Below are positions 14,470 to 26,180 of a stretch of 64,000 nucleotides of DNA, piece after piece (the first letter of the stretch is position 1; every line of letters begins with the position of its first letter). The stretch lies in NCBI RefSeq assembly GCF_006345805.1, contig NC_043009.1, forward strand, positions 17,360,001 to 17,424,000, given 5' to 3'. The notes below the pieces were generated by a model. It was not told where the DNA came from, searched no databases, and saw only the letters and a list, made by a program, of their open reading frames with translations. The translations under genes were made by a program, and so were the position numbers. Source of the stretch: Octopus sinensis. Taxonomy: Eukaryota.

Positions 14470-14712
14470 GTGCCGCGTAAAAAGCATTGATGTGAGTGCT
14501 GGTGTCACATAAAAAGCACTGGTGCTGGTGTCATGTGAAAAGCACCCAGTACACTCTGTGAAGTGGTTGGCATCCAGCTGTAAAGAAACAAGTCAGAACA
14601 GACTACAGAACCTGGTGTGGCCCCTAGCCTTGCCACTTCCTGTCAAGTCATCCAGCCCATGCCAGCATGGAAAAGAGATGTTAAGTGTTGATGGTCATGA
14701 TGATGATGAAAA
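14470..14712 (+). mobile_element. (ATG)n-tailed retroposon / RTE 3' UTR copy
   Basis: aaaagcacccagtacactctgtgaagtggttggc...ccatgccagcatggaaaag...atgatgatgatg. Confidence 0.65.
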
Positions 14713-14852
14713 TAAATCAATGCAGAAATATAATTAGAACACTAACGCATACCGTTACCAAACAGAAAAACAAAAACAATGGTGATTTACAAACAATATA
14801 TTAGATCTCTCAGAAAACAGCACATTCCGTAACGCTATTATAGGTTTCATGC

Positions 14853-15145
14853 ACAACACACACACACACACACACGCACACACAGACACACACACATACA
14901 CACACACACACAGACACACACACATACACACACACACATACACACATACACACACACATATACACAGACACACACATACACACATACACACACATACACA
15001 CATACACACACACATACACACACACATACACACATACACACACACACATACACACACACATACACACACACATACACACATACACACACACACAGACACA
15101 CAGACACACACACACACACATACACACACACACACATATACACAC
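14853..15145. repeat. Compound (CA)n/(TACA) microsatellite
   Basis: Directly visible. Confidence 0.95.
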
Positions 15146-15542
15146 TATCTATGCAGTAAAACAGAAATGCTAAAAATATTTCAAAAAAACACCTGGACAT
15201 TTGAAGGGGACAGTTTATTTGCATAAGAAACTTCAATGTGTTCAACCATTGTAACTGCATGCACAATCACCTCGAATACTCAGACACATGTACAATGCAC
15301 CAGTATCCTGAAATCGCTGTCTCTCTCCTATTTGGCCCAGACAAACATGAAAAACATGTAGACAAAGATAGTAGCAGCATCAGCAATCTCATTATAACGA
15401 AGCAGAGAACAAGGCTGCACAGGATCAATAAGTGCAAGGGGAATAGTTTCTGTCATACTCTGACCCAGTTCACTGTGGCTGTGGCCATCAATGGAATCTA
15501 TCAAAGAAAGAACTAATAAAGAAAGGACATATGGGTTTAAAA

Positions 15543-15978
15543 TTTTGGCACAAGGCCAGCAATTTTGGGGGAGGGGTAAGTCAGTTACATTAAACACCAT
15601 TGCTCAGCTGGTACTTATTTTATTAACCCCGAAAGGATGAAAAGCAAAGCTGACCTTTGTGGAATTTGAACTCAGAACGTAAAGACAGGCAAAATACTGC
15701 TCAGCACTTAGTCCGGCATGCTAACGATTATACCAGTTCGCCACCCTGACTATATTTGGTAATATTTGTTTCACTTTTTGGTACCAAGCTAGCAATTTCT
15801 GGGAGTGGGTAAGTCAATTCCATAAACACCAGGGCTCAGCTGGTACTTATTTTATCGACCTCAAAAGGAAAAAAGCAAAGTGAACCTTGACAGAATTTGA
15901 ACTCAGAACATGAATATGAACAAAATGCAACAAAGCATTTCACCCAGTGTGCTAACGATTCTGCCAGCTTGCCACCTT
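15543..15978 (-). mobile_element. Two head-to-tail tRNA-derived SINEs (15543-15747, 15776-15978)
   Basis: Each carries gaaaggatgaaa.gcaaag..gacc...gaatttgaactcagaac, the reverse complement of the core and B box. Confidence 0.8.
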
Positions 15979-16129
15979 ATACAAAGGACATATTAGACAC
16001 TTCTAGATACAGAAATAAGATGGAACAGTCAAGGCTGGAATGCTTTTGATCATGGCTAACCTGGGGTTAAACAGCAACAAGAGCTGCACTAATCAATCTT
16101 TTAACACCTATTAATAAAATCTGTATATA

Positions 16130-17405
16130 TCAGGTCATCCCATAAGTTCTGTCCAAATTTTGATTAAAGAAAACAAGTGATCAAATGTTATATTTAATTG
16201 AAATGTAATCATCAATGTACCTTCCCTGATTAACTATGACTTCCTTCCATCAATCTACAAGCTTTTTAATCCCATGAATGTAAAACTCTTTTGGTTTCAA
16301 AGTGAAGAACTCTGAAATATCAGTTTTGACCTCCTCCTGGATTGCAAAAGTTATATCCCTTAAATGATTCTGTAAACTACGAAACAAATGGTAGTCTGAA
16401 GGTGCAAAGTCGGGAGAATAAGGTGGATGAGGAATTTTTTCACAACCAAACTCTTCAATCTTCTGTGATGTGATCTTTGCAGTGTGGGGTCGAGCATTGT
16501 CCTGATGAAACATCACTCCTTTTCGATTCACTAAAGCAGGTCTTTTTTCTTCAAAGCTTGGTTCAAACACTCTAATTGCTGACAGTAGACTTGAACATTG
16601 ATTGCTGCATTAGGTGGTAACAATTCAAAGTGAATTATTCCTTTGCAATCCCACCGGATAGAGAGAAGAACCTTTTTTTCCATGAAGTTCCCTTCTCAGT
16701 TGTGGTTGAGCTTTTTCCCTTTTACCAAGCCACTGTTAATGACGTTTAACATTTCAATAGAAGATTCATTTTTCATCACCAGTCACAAGTCTATCCAAAA
16801 AGGGTGAAATGAGTTCATGAGAATGGAGAGAAGAGCAGATGTCAACTCGGGATTTGCGGTTGCTTTCAGACAATTCATGAGGCACCCATTTTCCAAGTTT
16901 AGGAATCTTTCCAAGTTGTTGAATATGACGATGAACAGTTGTATGGTTTGAACTAAGCTTTATTGCTAATTCTTCAACTGATAATGCAGGATTTTCTTCA
17001 AGTAATGCCTCAAAGAGCTTATCATTAAACTCAACTGGACGTCCTGTTCGATCTTCATCTTCAAGGCTGAAATCTCCACTTCTGAATTTTGCAAACCATC
17101 TTATGTAAGTTCCTTCATTCAAGCATTCTTTCCCATAAACTGAGTGTGTGTTTCGAGTCACTTCGGCTGCTGAGTTTCCTTTTTTGTACTCATAAAGCAT
17201 TATGTGCCTCAAATGCTCTTTGTTAGAAAGTGTTTTAAGCAATGAAATTTTAATTCTATTATTCTGTAAAATAATATTTAATTTGTTTAAATGTACTCAA
17301 ATGCATAAAAATAATTTTTAATTCCATTAGACATTGTAAAATACTATTAAACTTCATTCAATTTTAAAAAAGGTAAAATCGGACAGAACTTATGGGATGA
17401 GCTGA
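16130..17405 (-). mobile_element. Mariner family 2 (DD34D), full length 1276 bp, pseudogenised
   Basis: TIR tcaggtcatcccataagttctgtcc / ggacagaacttatgggatgagctga with TA on both sides. Motifs GKWVPHEL, LVTGDEK*, HQDNARPH and PYSPDFAPSDYHLF, with 34 aa between the last two Asp. Several stops and a frameshift. Confidence 0.93.
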
Positions 17406-17904
17406 TATTACAAAAAGATTTGATATCCAGCAATGGAATTTCTCCCTTTAAGAATCTAAGATAGCTCTTGGTATACCTCCTTAATTTTAACAGAACAATT
17501 ATCCTTATTAATTAGTATTAATTATTATTAATTAATTGTCCTTATTAATTTCTAAATAATATATAAATTTACAATTATACTGAATCCCACAGCTGCTATA
17601 GCATGCCTCACAGCTACTGGGCCACATCAAGTAATAAATCAGGGCTTATGTAGAAAATCTATAAAAAGCTTACCAGAGACCATTCAATCTACTAGACATA
17701 GTAACTAATCTTGTTCTACAGTTTTATAAAAGAAGGACATAAATGTGAATGCAGTCCTAGATATACACCTTGTCTAGAGAGAGAGAAATAGGATGACCAC
17801 ACCTGTAACACCTTTGGCCTTATGACTATTTGACCAAAGCTTGTTTTATGGCTTTGCGCTGATCAGCAGCAACAAATAGGGCTTGCTACAATTATTGTAG
17901 TGTG

Positions 17905-18050
17905 TCCCACAACAACTGCAGTTTTTCCCACAACCAATGTCACTGATTTCACAAATAGTGTAGCACTTCCCACAACTACTGTAGCATATCCCATAATTAA
18001 TGTAGCATATTCCATAGCTACTATAGTACAACTCCTGTATATAACCATAA
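17905..18050. repeat. Degenerate 21-bp minisatellite
   Basis: Units such as ttcccacaactactgtagcat and atcccataattaatgtagcat. Confidence 0.6.
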
Positions 18051-19409
18051 TTAGTGAAGCATATTGCACAAATACTTCAGTGTTTTTGTACAACTAATAT
18101 TATCATTATAACGTCTTTCACCCTTCCTCTAATCAGTTTCTCATACACTTAGACTAAAATATTCTCTGCATACTATATTTCATAACACTCTAATTGATAC
18201 ATTCAGTAGCAGACTAAATCCTCACAGTTCATGTAATTACCATAACTATTAATTATCGTTAATCATCTTCAACATTTCATTGCTGCCATGTTTCATTTAC
18301 GCTAAAAACTCAACAAATATTCCATTAGAGATTTAGGTTTTACTGATTTACTGACAATTATTCTTTTCTAGCACTTTATTTCATCACTTCACTCATCCAT
18401 CAACTATTTCGTCTCTCTTAACATATTGCAATGAAAATACATCAATAAATGGATAAATAAAATACATAAATAATGGTTCAAAAGCAAAACGAAAAAAATT
18501 AGAAGAAATGGAGAAAAGTCAGAAATAAAAATATCCAATGAAGAAAACACAAAAATAAAACCGAACATCTCTCTGCACCGATACCTTTATCCTTTTGAAA
18601 AAAAATCAAAGACAAAGACAGAAAGATGGAAAAGAAATCTTAATATAGAAGGGATATTTCTGATATCTACCATTGATATCCATAGAAATCTATTCTTGCT
18701 TTGAGATGCTGCTTCATAAAAACAGTACGACCCATTGATCCAGAGCAGCAAGTGGACATTTATGAAAATTATAGCAATGCATGCTTTTGAAAATCTTCAA
18801 TGGCATCTAAATCAAAGATTTTGCATCCTATTGGCTTGGAAGTCATCCAAGAAGATTTTTCAAAGTGCTAGACATTCAATGCCTAGCTATATTGATTTTC
18901 TTTTTTTTTTTTCATGTATGGTTTTCTTTTACCTTTTCTTTTTCTTCTCTAGTGGAAGTGCCGTCTGGTGAATTCACAAGCCTAACTAATTATAAGAAGG
19001 AATTTATGACAAAATCTTCCTCCTGTTGTTTAACAACAAATAGAGGCTGTCCTTAAAACATATTCTCATTCTTGGTGTGTGAACCATGCAGTACTTTTGG
19101 TGAGAAAGTCAGAAGAAGCTGCTAAAGTAATAAGTGTTTCCAAAATACAGAGGAAGACAAGAGAAAAGGGTATAGGGCGTGTGGAGGGAGGTGGGAAGAC
19201 AGAAAGGAGAAGGAATAGAAAAGAGTAAGATGTGGTGAGAAAGATAAGAGAGAAATAGGAAGGGAAGTGGGGGGGGGGGGGAGATGGGAGGGAAGGGTGG
19301 AGGAGAAGCTGCAGAAAAATGAGGGAAAAGGTTGATAATCAAAGAGAGGGAAATAAGCAGAAAGAAATTGAAATGACAATGTTGTGATAGTGAAAGAGAG
19401 AGTAAGACA

Positions 19410-19418
19410 GACAGAAGC

Positions 19419-19450
<32 letters not shown>

Positions 19451-19564
19451 AGAGAGAGAGGGAGAGAGAGAGAGAGAAAGAATGTTTGAAAGAAATAAGT
19501 GAACAAAGATGTATACAGTATGATGCCTACTTATGATATATGTGAGAGTTGTGTGTGTTTGTGA

Positions 19565-19626
<62 letters not shown>
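19410..19626. repeat. (GA)n, poly-G and (GT)n microsatellites
   Basis: Directly visible. Confidence 0.9.
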
Positions 19627-20099
19627 CAATAGGTGGATGAGTAAATTAATGTGAAAAAGAAACAGAATGACAATGAGAAGAATGTAAAAGACAAACTAAA
19701 AAGAAAGAGATGACCAAAGAAGTGAAATAAGGAAAAAGGCATGGAATTTCTTATATTTTCACTTTGATATTTTATTTATGTTAGTGTTGTCTGCTGAAAT
19801 CATTATTGGTATTTTCAGTAACTTTCTGACTTTGTGGCTGAAATATGAAATAGATTGAAAATAACAGCCTATTGAGTGTAGAGGATATCAGTTCATGCAT
19901 ATCAATGTGTTTGTCCAGTAGTTAGAGGATATTAAGGTTATCTCCTACATACTAATATTTTTACTCAAAATGTAGAAGATATTTCTATTAACATATGCAT
20001 GTGAATATACTGACCTGGGAGAATTGATTTTATGTGTGTGTCCACATGCATGTTTGTCTGCATACATATATATGTTTATATATATATATATATATATAT

Positions 20100-20620
20100 C
20101 ATCATCATCATCATCATTTAGCGTCCGTTTTCCATGCTAGCATGGGTTGGACGGTTCAACTGGGGTCTGTGAAGCCGGACGGCTTCATCAGGCCCAGTCA
20201 GATCTGGCAGTGTTTCTATGGCTGGATGCCCTTCCTAACGCCAACCACTCCGTGAGTGTAGTGTGTGCTTTTTACGTGCCACCCACACAGGTGCCAGACA
20301 GAGCTGGCAATGGCCACAAACGGATGGTGCTTTTACGTGCCACCGGCACGAGGGCCAGGCGAGGCTGGCAACGGACACGAACGGATCGTGCTTTTACGTG
20401 CCACTGGCACGGGGGCCCATCATCATCATCAACATCATCATCATCATCATCATTTAATGTCCACTTTCCATGTTGGCATGGACTGGACAGTCTGAAAGGA
20501 ACTGGTGAGTCAGAGGACTGCAGCTAGCTATACTCTCTGCTTTGGTATGATTTCTACAGCTAGATGCTCTTCCTAACCTGAACTACTTTAGAGAGTGTAT
20601 GGGGTACTTTTACATGGCAC
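20100..20620 (-). mobile_element. Two adjacent (ATG)n-tailed retroposon copies; the first has an internal 61-bp tandem repeat
   Basis: (cat)n tails at 20100 and 20420. The motif tacgtgcc ends at 20280, 20341 and 20402. Confidence 0.8.
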
Positions 20621-20698
20621 CAGCACATTATATAAATGTATATACATACATACATACATACATACATACATACATACATACATACATACAAACATACT

Positions 20699-20729
<31 letters not shown>

Positions 20730-20984
20730 TATATTTTGTGAAATTTGATTTAGTATTTCTAAATTGGATTTTTCCCTGTAAGTTAGGAATAATATTCCCT
20801 CAAATAATTATTATATATATATGTAGTACATACATACACATATACACACATGCATACATACATATAGATATATATTTGAATAATGAGAGAGATGGAAAAT
20901 GAAATATACGCAATAATAGTGATATAGCCAACAGAGTAACAGCGGCAATAATAAAGTCAGAACTGTCACATATTCAACTAAACC

Positions 20985-22020
20985 TAATAAATGCTCATGC
21001 AGAGATAAATCAAAATGACCATTGATGAACCTCTGTATGAATAAGAATTTCATATATAAATGTACCATTCACACAAGGGGAGGACTGTACATTTACAGTG
21101 GGGCAATGGCTGATTCATTCAAGAATCGTTATTGGAACCAGCCTCAAGAAAATCAACAAGAGGCATTCAACATCTTTGCCTGATTTTGTGTGGAGACTTA
21201 AGGAAGGTAAAATTAAATATGATCTAACTTGGTCCATAATAAGGAACATGCAACCATATAATATCCTTTCGCGGAGATGCGGACTCTGCATAAGGAATCC
21301 CTGTCTTTTGTGTGGACCAAGTGAAGATCATTAACACAATTTCTGAAAGACCCTCAAGATGTTTACATGCTTTCACACAATGCTTAGATGCACTTTCACA
21401 CAATGCAGTTGAAATTTGAGTAACCATTAATCAAATTAATAATCATAATTGACCTTAAAGTATGGATGAATTAAGTTTCACTCTAGCCTCCCCGTAAACA
21501 ATAAATAGTTATTTAATTCACTGTGTGAGCATATGTGCACCAAACCACATGTGTGCGTATGCTTGCATGTTTGTGGATATTTGTATGAGCAAGTGTACAT
21601 GCAGCATGCATGAGGGCGCTTATGCATCCACATCTGTTAATGGCTATATTTAATACTCTTTTCACTGTAATATGTGTTCATTACTTTCTGCATCTGTTAT
21701 TTATTATTGATCTTATATAAAAATGAAGCCGTATCTTTTAATTTGCTGCTTTACCATACAAATACTTAGAAGAAAACTTGCAGAACAGACATTATTTTAA
21801 CAAGATACATCTTGTAATCACCTAAAGAGACACATCTACACTGTCAGATACTCCTAAACCAGTTAAGTATCTCACATGTGAGGGATTGATGCCAGATGGA
21901 TCAAAACAATTGTAGTGATCAATAAACATTCGCATATCTTCCATCTCTCTCATTGTTCAAATACCCAACAAAGACTGTGAAAGTGAATGTGCTTTACCGG
22001 TAAGCTACCAGGTGTATACC
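20985..22020 (+). mobile_element. Penelope-like element 3' fragment: GIY-YIG endonuclease plus pseudo-LTR
   Basis: KCSCRDKSK*PLMNLCMNKNFIYKCTIH...YIYSGAMADSFKNRY, RHSTSLPDFVWRLKE and RRCGLC, followed by non-coding sequence with a decayed hammerhead motif. Confidence 0.75.
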
Positions 22021-22037
22021 ATACTATTTATTATCTA

Positions 22038-22071
<34 letters not shown>

Positions 22072-22724
22072 CAAATATATAGACACAAACACACTTCTAA
22101 TTTGTAAAATAAAGTGACTTAACTGATATGTAAACATATACATACAAACAAACATGGATACATACATACATACAAGCAAACAAACAAGCAAGCAAACAAA
22201 CAAACAAGGGTAAATACTCAATCTTTCTTTGCTGTCCTTACAGCTTTACTGTGTTCAAAATTTATTTTCTTGTCTGCAAAATACTAACCACAATCTACAC
22301 TTCCAAAGTTTGTTTATAAAATGTTGTCACATTTGAAAGCTATAATTAAACATTAAATTTGATGGTAATTGTTGTTGGGGACAGTTTAGCTTAATGATTA
22401 CAGCACTCAGCTAGTATTTGAGGGGTATGGGTTTAAGTCCTGTAGCCACCTTCTAGCAAATTTTTTCTGTCTTATAAGGGTAAATATCCAATATTTCTCT
22501 GCTGTCCTTACAACTAAACTGCATTTGAAATTTACTTTCTTGTCTGCAAAATGCATATATATATATATATGTATGATATTATCGAGATAATACTAATTTT
22601 TAAATTTGGGAAAATGCAAGGAGGGAGAGGGAAGTTTTAGTGTCTATCTTTGTCAAGTAGCTGGTTACTAGGACTGAATTGTGGAGTGGTGCATTGTCCT
22701 GGTGCAGGTGTTCTTGCCTATATG

Positions 22725-22944
22725 TATGTGTGTATGTATGTATGTATGTATGTATGTATGTATGTATGTATGTATGTATGTATGTATGTATGTATGTTTG
22801 TATGTATGTATGCATGTATGTATGTATGTATGTATGTATGTATGCATGCATGTATGTATGTATGTATGTATGTATGTATGTATGTATGTATGTATGTATG
22901 TATGTATGTATGTATGTATGTATGTGTCTATGTACGTATATATG

Positions 22945-22975
<31 letters not shown>

Positions 22976-23022
22976 TTGTATGTATGTATGCATGTATGCA
23001 TGTATGCATGTATGCATGTATG
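22725..23022. repeat. (TATG)n microsatellite
   Basis: Directly visible. Confidence 0.95.
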
Positions 23023-23264
23023 TATGTATATGTGCAGATTTGTATGCTTTGCTTTATGTGTGCATTCTCATTCATATAGTTACATATCTAGATATGCTCA
23101 TATATATTTAAAATTATAGCTGCTAGAATAAGAATATCTTGGGCAAAGTTCAGGAGCATAACCAGCCCGCCTATGCATACCTTTTCCTTCTTTGGACACT
23201 AAACTCTGCTAGCAAAGACCTGTTGAGGCAAGTGAAATCACAATCAAAATCAAAATCAAATTCG

Positions 23265-23795
23265 ATGACTGGCATCCATGCTAGCGGGGTGCAAAGAGCA
23301 CCATACGAGTGTGATCGTTGACAGAGTGGCAAACCGGCTTCTGTGCCAGTGGCACATAAAAGGCACCATTCGAGTGTGATTGTTACCAGTATCGCCTTAC
23401 TGGCACTTGTGCCCATGCTAGTAGGGTGCCATGAGCACCATCCAAGCATGATTGTTGCCAGAGCAGCCAACTGGCTTCCATGCCGGTGGCATGTAAAAGG
23501 GCGCCATTCGAGCATGATCGTTATTAACGTCGCCTTACTGGCACCTGTGCCGGTGGCATGTGTAAAAAGATTTGAGCGAGATCATAGCCAGTACCACCTG
23601 ACTGGCCTCCGTGCCAGTATCACATAAAAAGCAACTACTACACTCTCGGAGTGGTTGGCGTTAGGAAGAACATCTAGCTGTAGAAACTCTGCCAGATCAA
23701 GATTGGAACCTGGTGCAGCCATCTGGTTCACCAGCCCTCAGTCAAAATCCATGCTAGCATGGAAAGCAGATGTTAAGCGATGATGATGATGATGA
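23265..23795 (+). mobile_element. (ATG)n-tailed retroposon with internal tandem subrepeats
   Basis: Repeated gtgcc.gtggca..taaaag..caccatt blocks, then ctacactctcggagtggttggcgttagg...catgctagcatggaaagc...gatgatgatg. Confidence 0.8.
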
Positions 23796-23859
23796 TATAT
23801 ATATATGTATGCATGTATATATATGTATATGTGTATATGTATAGGTATATTGTATATAT

Positions 23860-23901
<42 letters not shown>

Positions 23902-24004
23902 CATGTATATATATGTATATGTATATATGTATATGCCATGATAGATCATTAGCCACTACACACATTTTTTCTCTCCTTGTTTCTCTCCTTGTTCTTTCTG
24001 TGTA

Positions 24005-24043
24005 CCTTTCTGTAGAAGAGCGTAGGCTCGAAACGTAAAAGAC
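24005..24043 (+). ncRNA. Minimal hammerhead-like motif (degenerate core)
   Basis: cttt-CTGTAGA-A-GAGC gtag GCTC-GAAA-CG-TA-aaag. Perfect 4-bp stem II, palindromic ACGT and 4-bp stem I, but A6 is replaced by T. Confidence 0.35.
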
Positions 24044-24170
24044 TTTTTCTATTCCTGAGCGCTATACTAATACATCTGTTTGCTTTGTACACCACCTGTC
24101 TTCGTCTTTTGTTTTTTTTCGTAAACTTTCCCTATATATATATACACACGTACACATGTATGTGTGAGCA

Positions 24171-24960
24171 ACTGAGAACCCCTTTTCAGAACCCACTATA
24201 ACAACCACAAGTCCTCCTTCAACATCCTGGAGAGGTATAACACCAAAACCCTGGCCAAGCATATGTGGTCATTGGAAGAAAGGAACACTGAATACAGCAT
24301 AAAGTGGAGGATTCTAGAGAAATGGAAAGCATACTTCAATAGCAGCAGGAAGTGCAGATTATGCCTGGCTGAGAAAAGAGCAATTTTAAAGAGTTCCCAA
24401 TAGCCAGGCATCTACCTGAACAGTACATGCACCAGCCTGGTGGACGCCAAGTCAATAGACACTTTTCTACCCCACCTCACCCCCAATATAAGCCTCCCCA
24501 CATATTGTATCACTACACACTGCATGCCCAAGTTTTTATCCAAAACATAAAAGAAAAGAAAACACACTAACGAACTCAGAGGTGTATACCCCACTACTCA
24601 CATTCCATTTCCTCATGAACATTAAACTTAAAGACACACAATTCCCATAAACTCTTTTCCAGAAAACTCTTGCCAAGTCACAACAAAACCACTTCCAGAG
24701 TTGTTATTTTTTGGTGCCAAAGGACATAACTTTTAACTTGATCCCCCACTCAATTCGTTTCATCATCTTTTTCCCAACAGCCACAAACCAGATGTGTTTA
24801 TTCACTTTCAGCAATAGAGAGCAGTCACCATATTTCATTTCATAATAGCTATCTCTGAAGAGCACAAGGGTTATATAATCGGACTGTTACCTAATACTCC
24901 GTTGAACCTTTGGTGTGAAACCAACTGGTAAGATCGGCCTTACTGGATATATAATACTGG
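24171..24960 (+). mobile_element. Penelope-like element 3' fragment: endonuclease C-terminus plus pseudo-LTR
   Basis: YNNHKSSFN...TLAKHMWSLEERNTEYSIKWRILEKWKAYFNSSRKCRLCLAEKRAIL, stop at 24401-24403, then a non-coding region containing a hammerhead. Confidence 0.8.
24851..24934 (+). ncRNA. Type I hammerhead ribozyme motif
   Basis: CTGAAGA 24855-24861; stem II GCACAAGGGTT/AACCTTTGGTGT; GAAA 24917-24920; stem III CC-aact-GG; predicted GUA cleavage after 24930; stem I ATCT/AGAT. Confidence 0.72.
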
Positions 24961-24988
24961 ACACTTCAATTAATATAAATATATATAC

Positions 24989-25024
<36 letters not shown>

Positions 25025-25849
25025 GCAGTAATAACAGAAATCCATACATATATATTTGTATGTGTATGTAACTAAGAAACTAAATATAATTCATGATAAA
25101 AAGTTGCAGTTATATTTTGAATACTGTTCACCTGCTTTGCCACCTCTGACTGCCACTCACTTTCACTCAATTTGTTGTTTACTTTTCTCTCCCTGGCATG
25201 ACCACTGAGCCACACACTGCACTTTATTATAAGATTATAAGAAATACATCCCCTTGTGCAAGACCTTCTTCAGTTAATACATAGTTTGTTGTATTTAATT
25301 TGAGTCGGAAATTATAGTACCATGCATTGTTTTGCTTAGAAACAAAATGGGATTTCATTCAAAACATGTAATGCACATACATACATACATACATACATAC
25401 ATACATACATACATACATACATACATACACACGCACTCATATACATACAAGCAAACAAACATACAAAATGAGTAAGGTATATCATTTCCCGATGCTCCCG
25501 TCTGCTCAGTTGTAGATGAGTACTTATAGGTTGCTGGTGCAGCCCTCTCTTCCTGTCTGCTGTCACATCCTCAATGTTTTGCTAGGTCAAAGGTGAGAAG
25601 GGGGACTGAGGGGGTGTTTTATCTGCTCATAATTATGTAGGTACTGCAAACAATTATTAAAAGACTGGTACATATTACGAAGCCATACCCACTTCTGAGT
25701 CAGGATTGGTTGAGCATTTCTTGGTGAAGATTTTTATTACTGGGGCTGAAGGAAGGGGCAGTGGCTATCATAACCCTTGCAGAATCATGAAGACCAGTGA
25801 GACTGAGGATGACATTAATGTTCTGTTTAAATCATTGCAGATCCTACTC

Positions 25850-26180
25850 CTGTCGTTTCTGCAGGCACAGAAAAGACACGAGCAGGAAGGAGAATCCTGA
25901 GGGCCCGTGTTCTAGGGTGGAAATATTGGGTATAGTGATTAGTGTGGGGAGTAGGTGGGGTTGGATACAATTAAGGTGATAAAAAGAGGAGAGATGAGTA
26001 GCTTTTAGTTTGAGAGTATCTGAACAGAGGAGCCAACTCCAAGGAATGTAGACCATTACAGTAGGTGTAGGAAAAGGCAAAGAGAAATGACAGCAAACCT
26101 GTAGACCAAGACAAGCTTGTGTCTGTAAGTGATTTTGTACCAAGAGTTGAGTGGCCCTTTTCTGAATGTGGTCCTGGATG
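25850..26180 (-). mobile_element. CR1/Jockey-group LINE 3' fragment
   Basis: DHIQKRATQLL, AVISLCLF and YCNGLHSLELAPL resemble the post-RT region of this LINE group (recalled similarity only). Confidence 0.4.

Noticed and set aside
15238-15600. Overlapping 90-aa ORFs on both strands
   Set aside because: No recognisable domain, and no consistent splice sites giving an open phase-1 exon.
22600-23119. Long ORFs such as MYVC/HTYI repeats (also at 8479-9044, 13031-13456, 14755-15266, 39767-40455)
   Set aside because: Translation artefacts of microsatellites.
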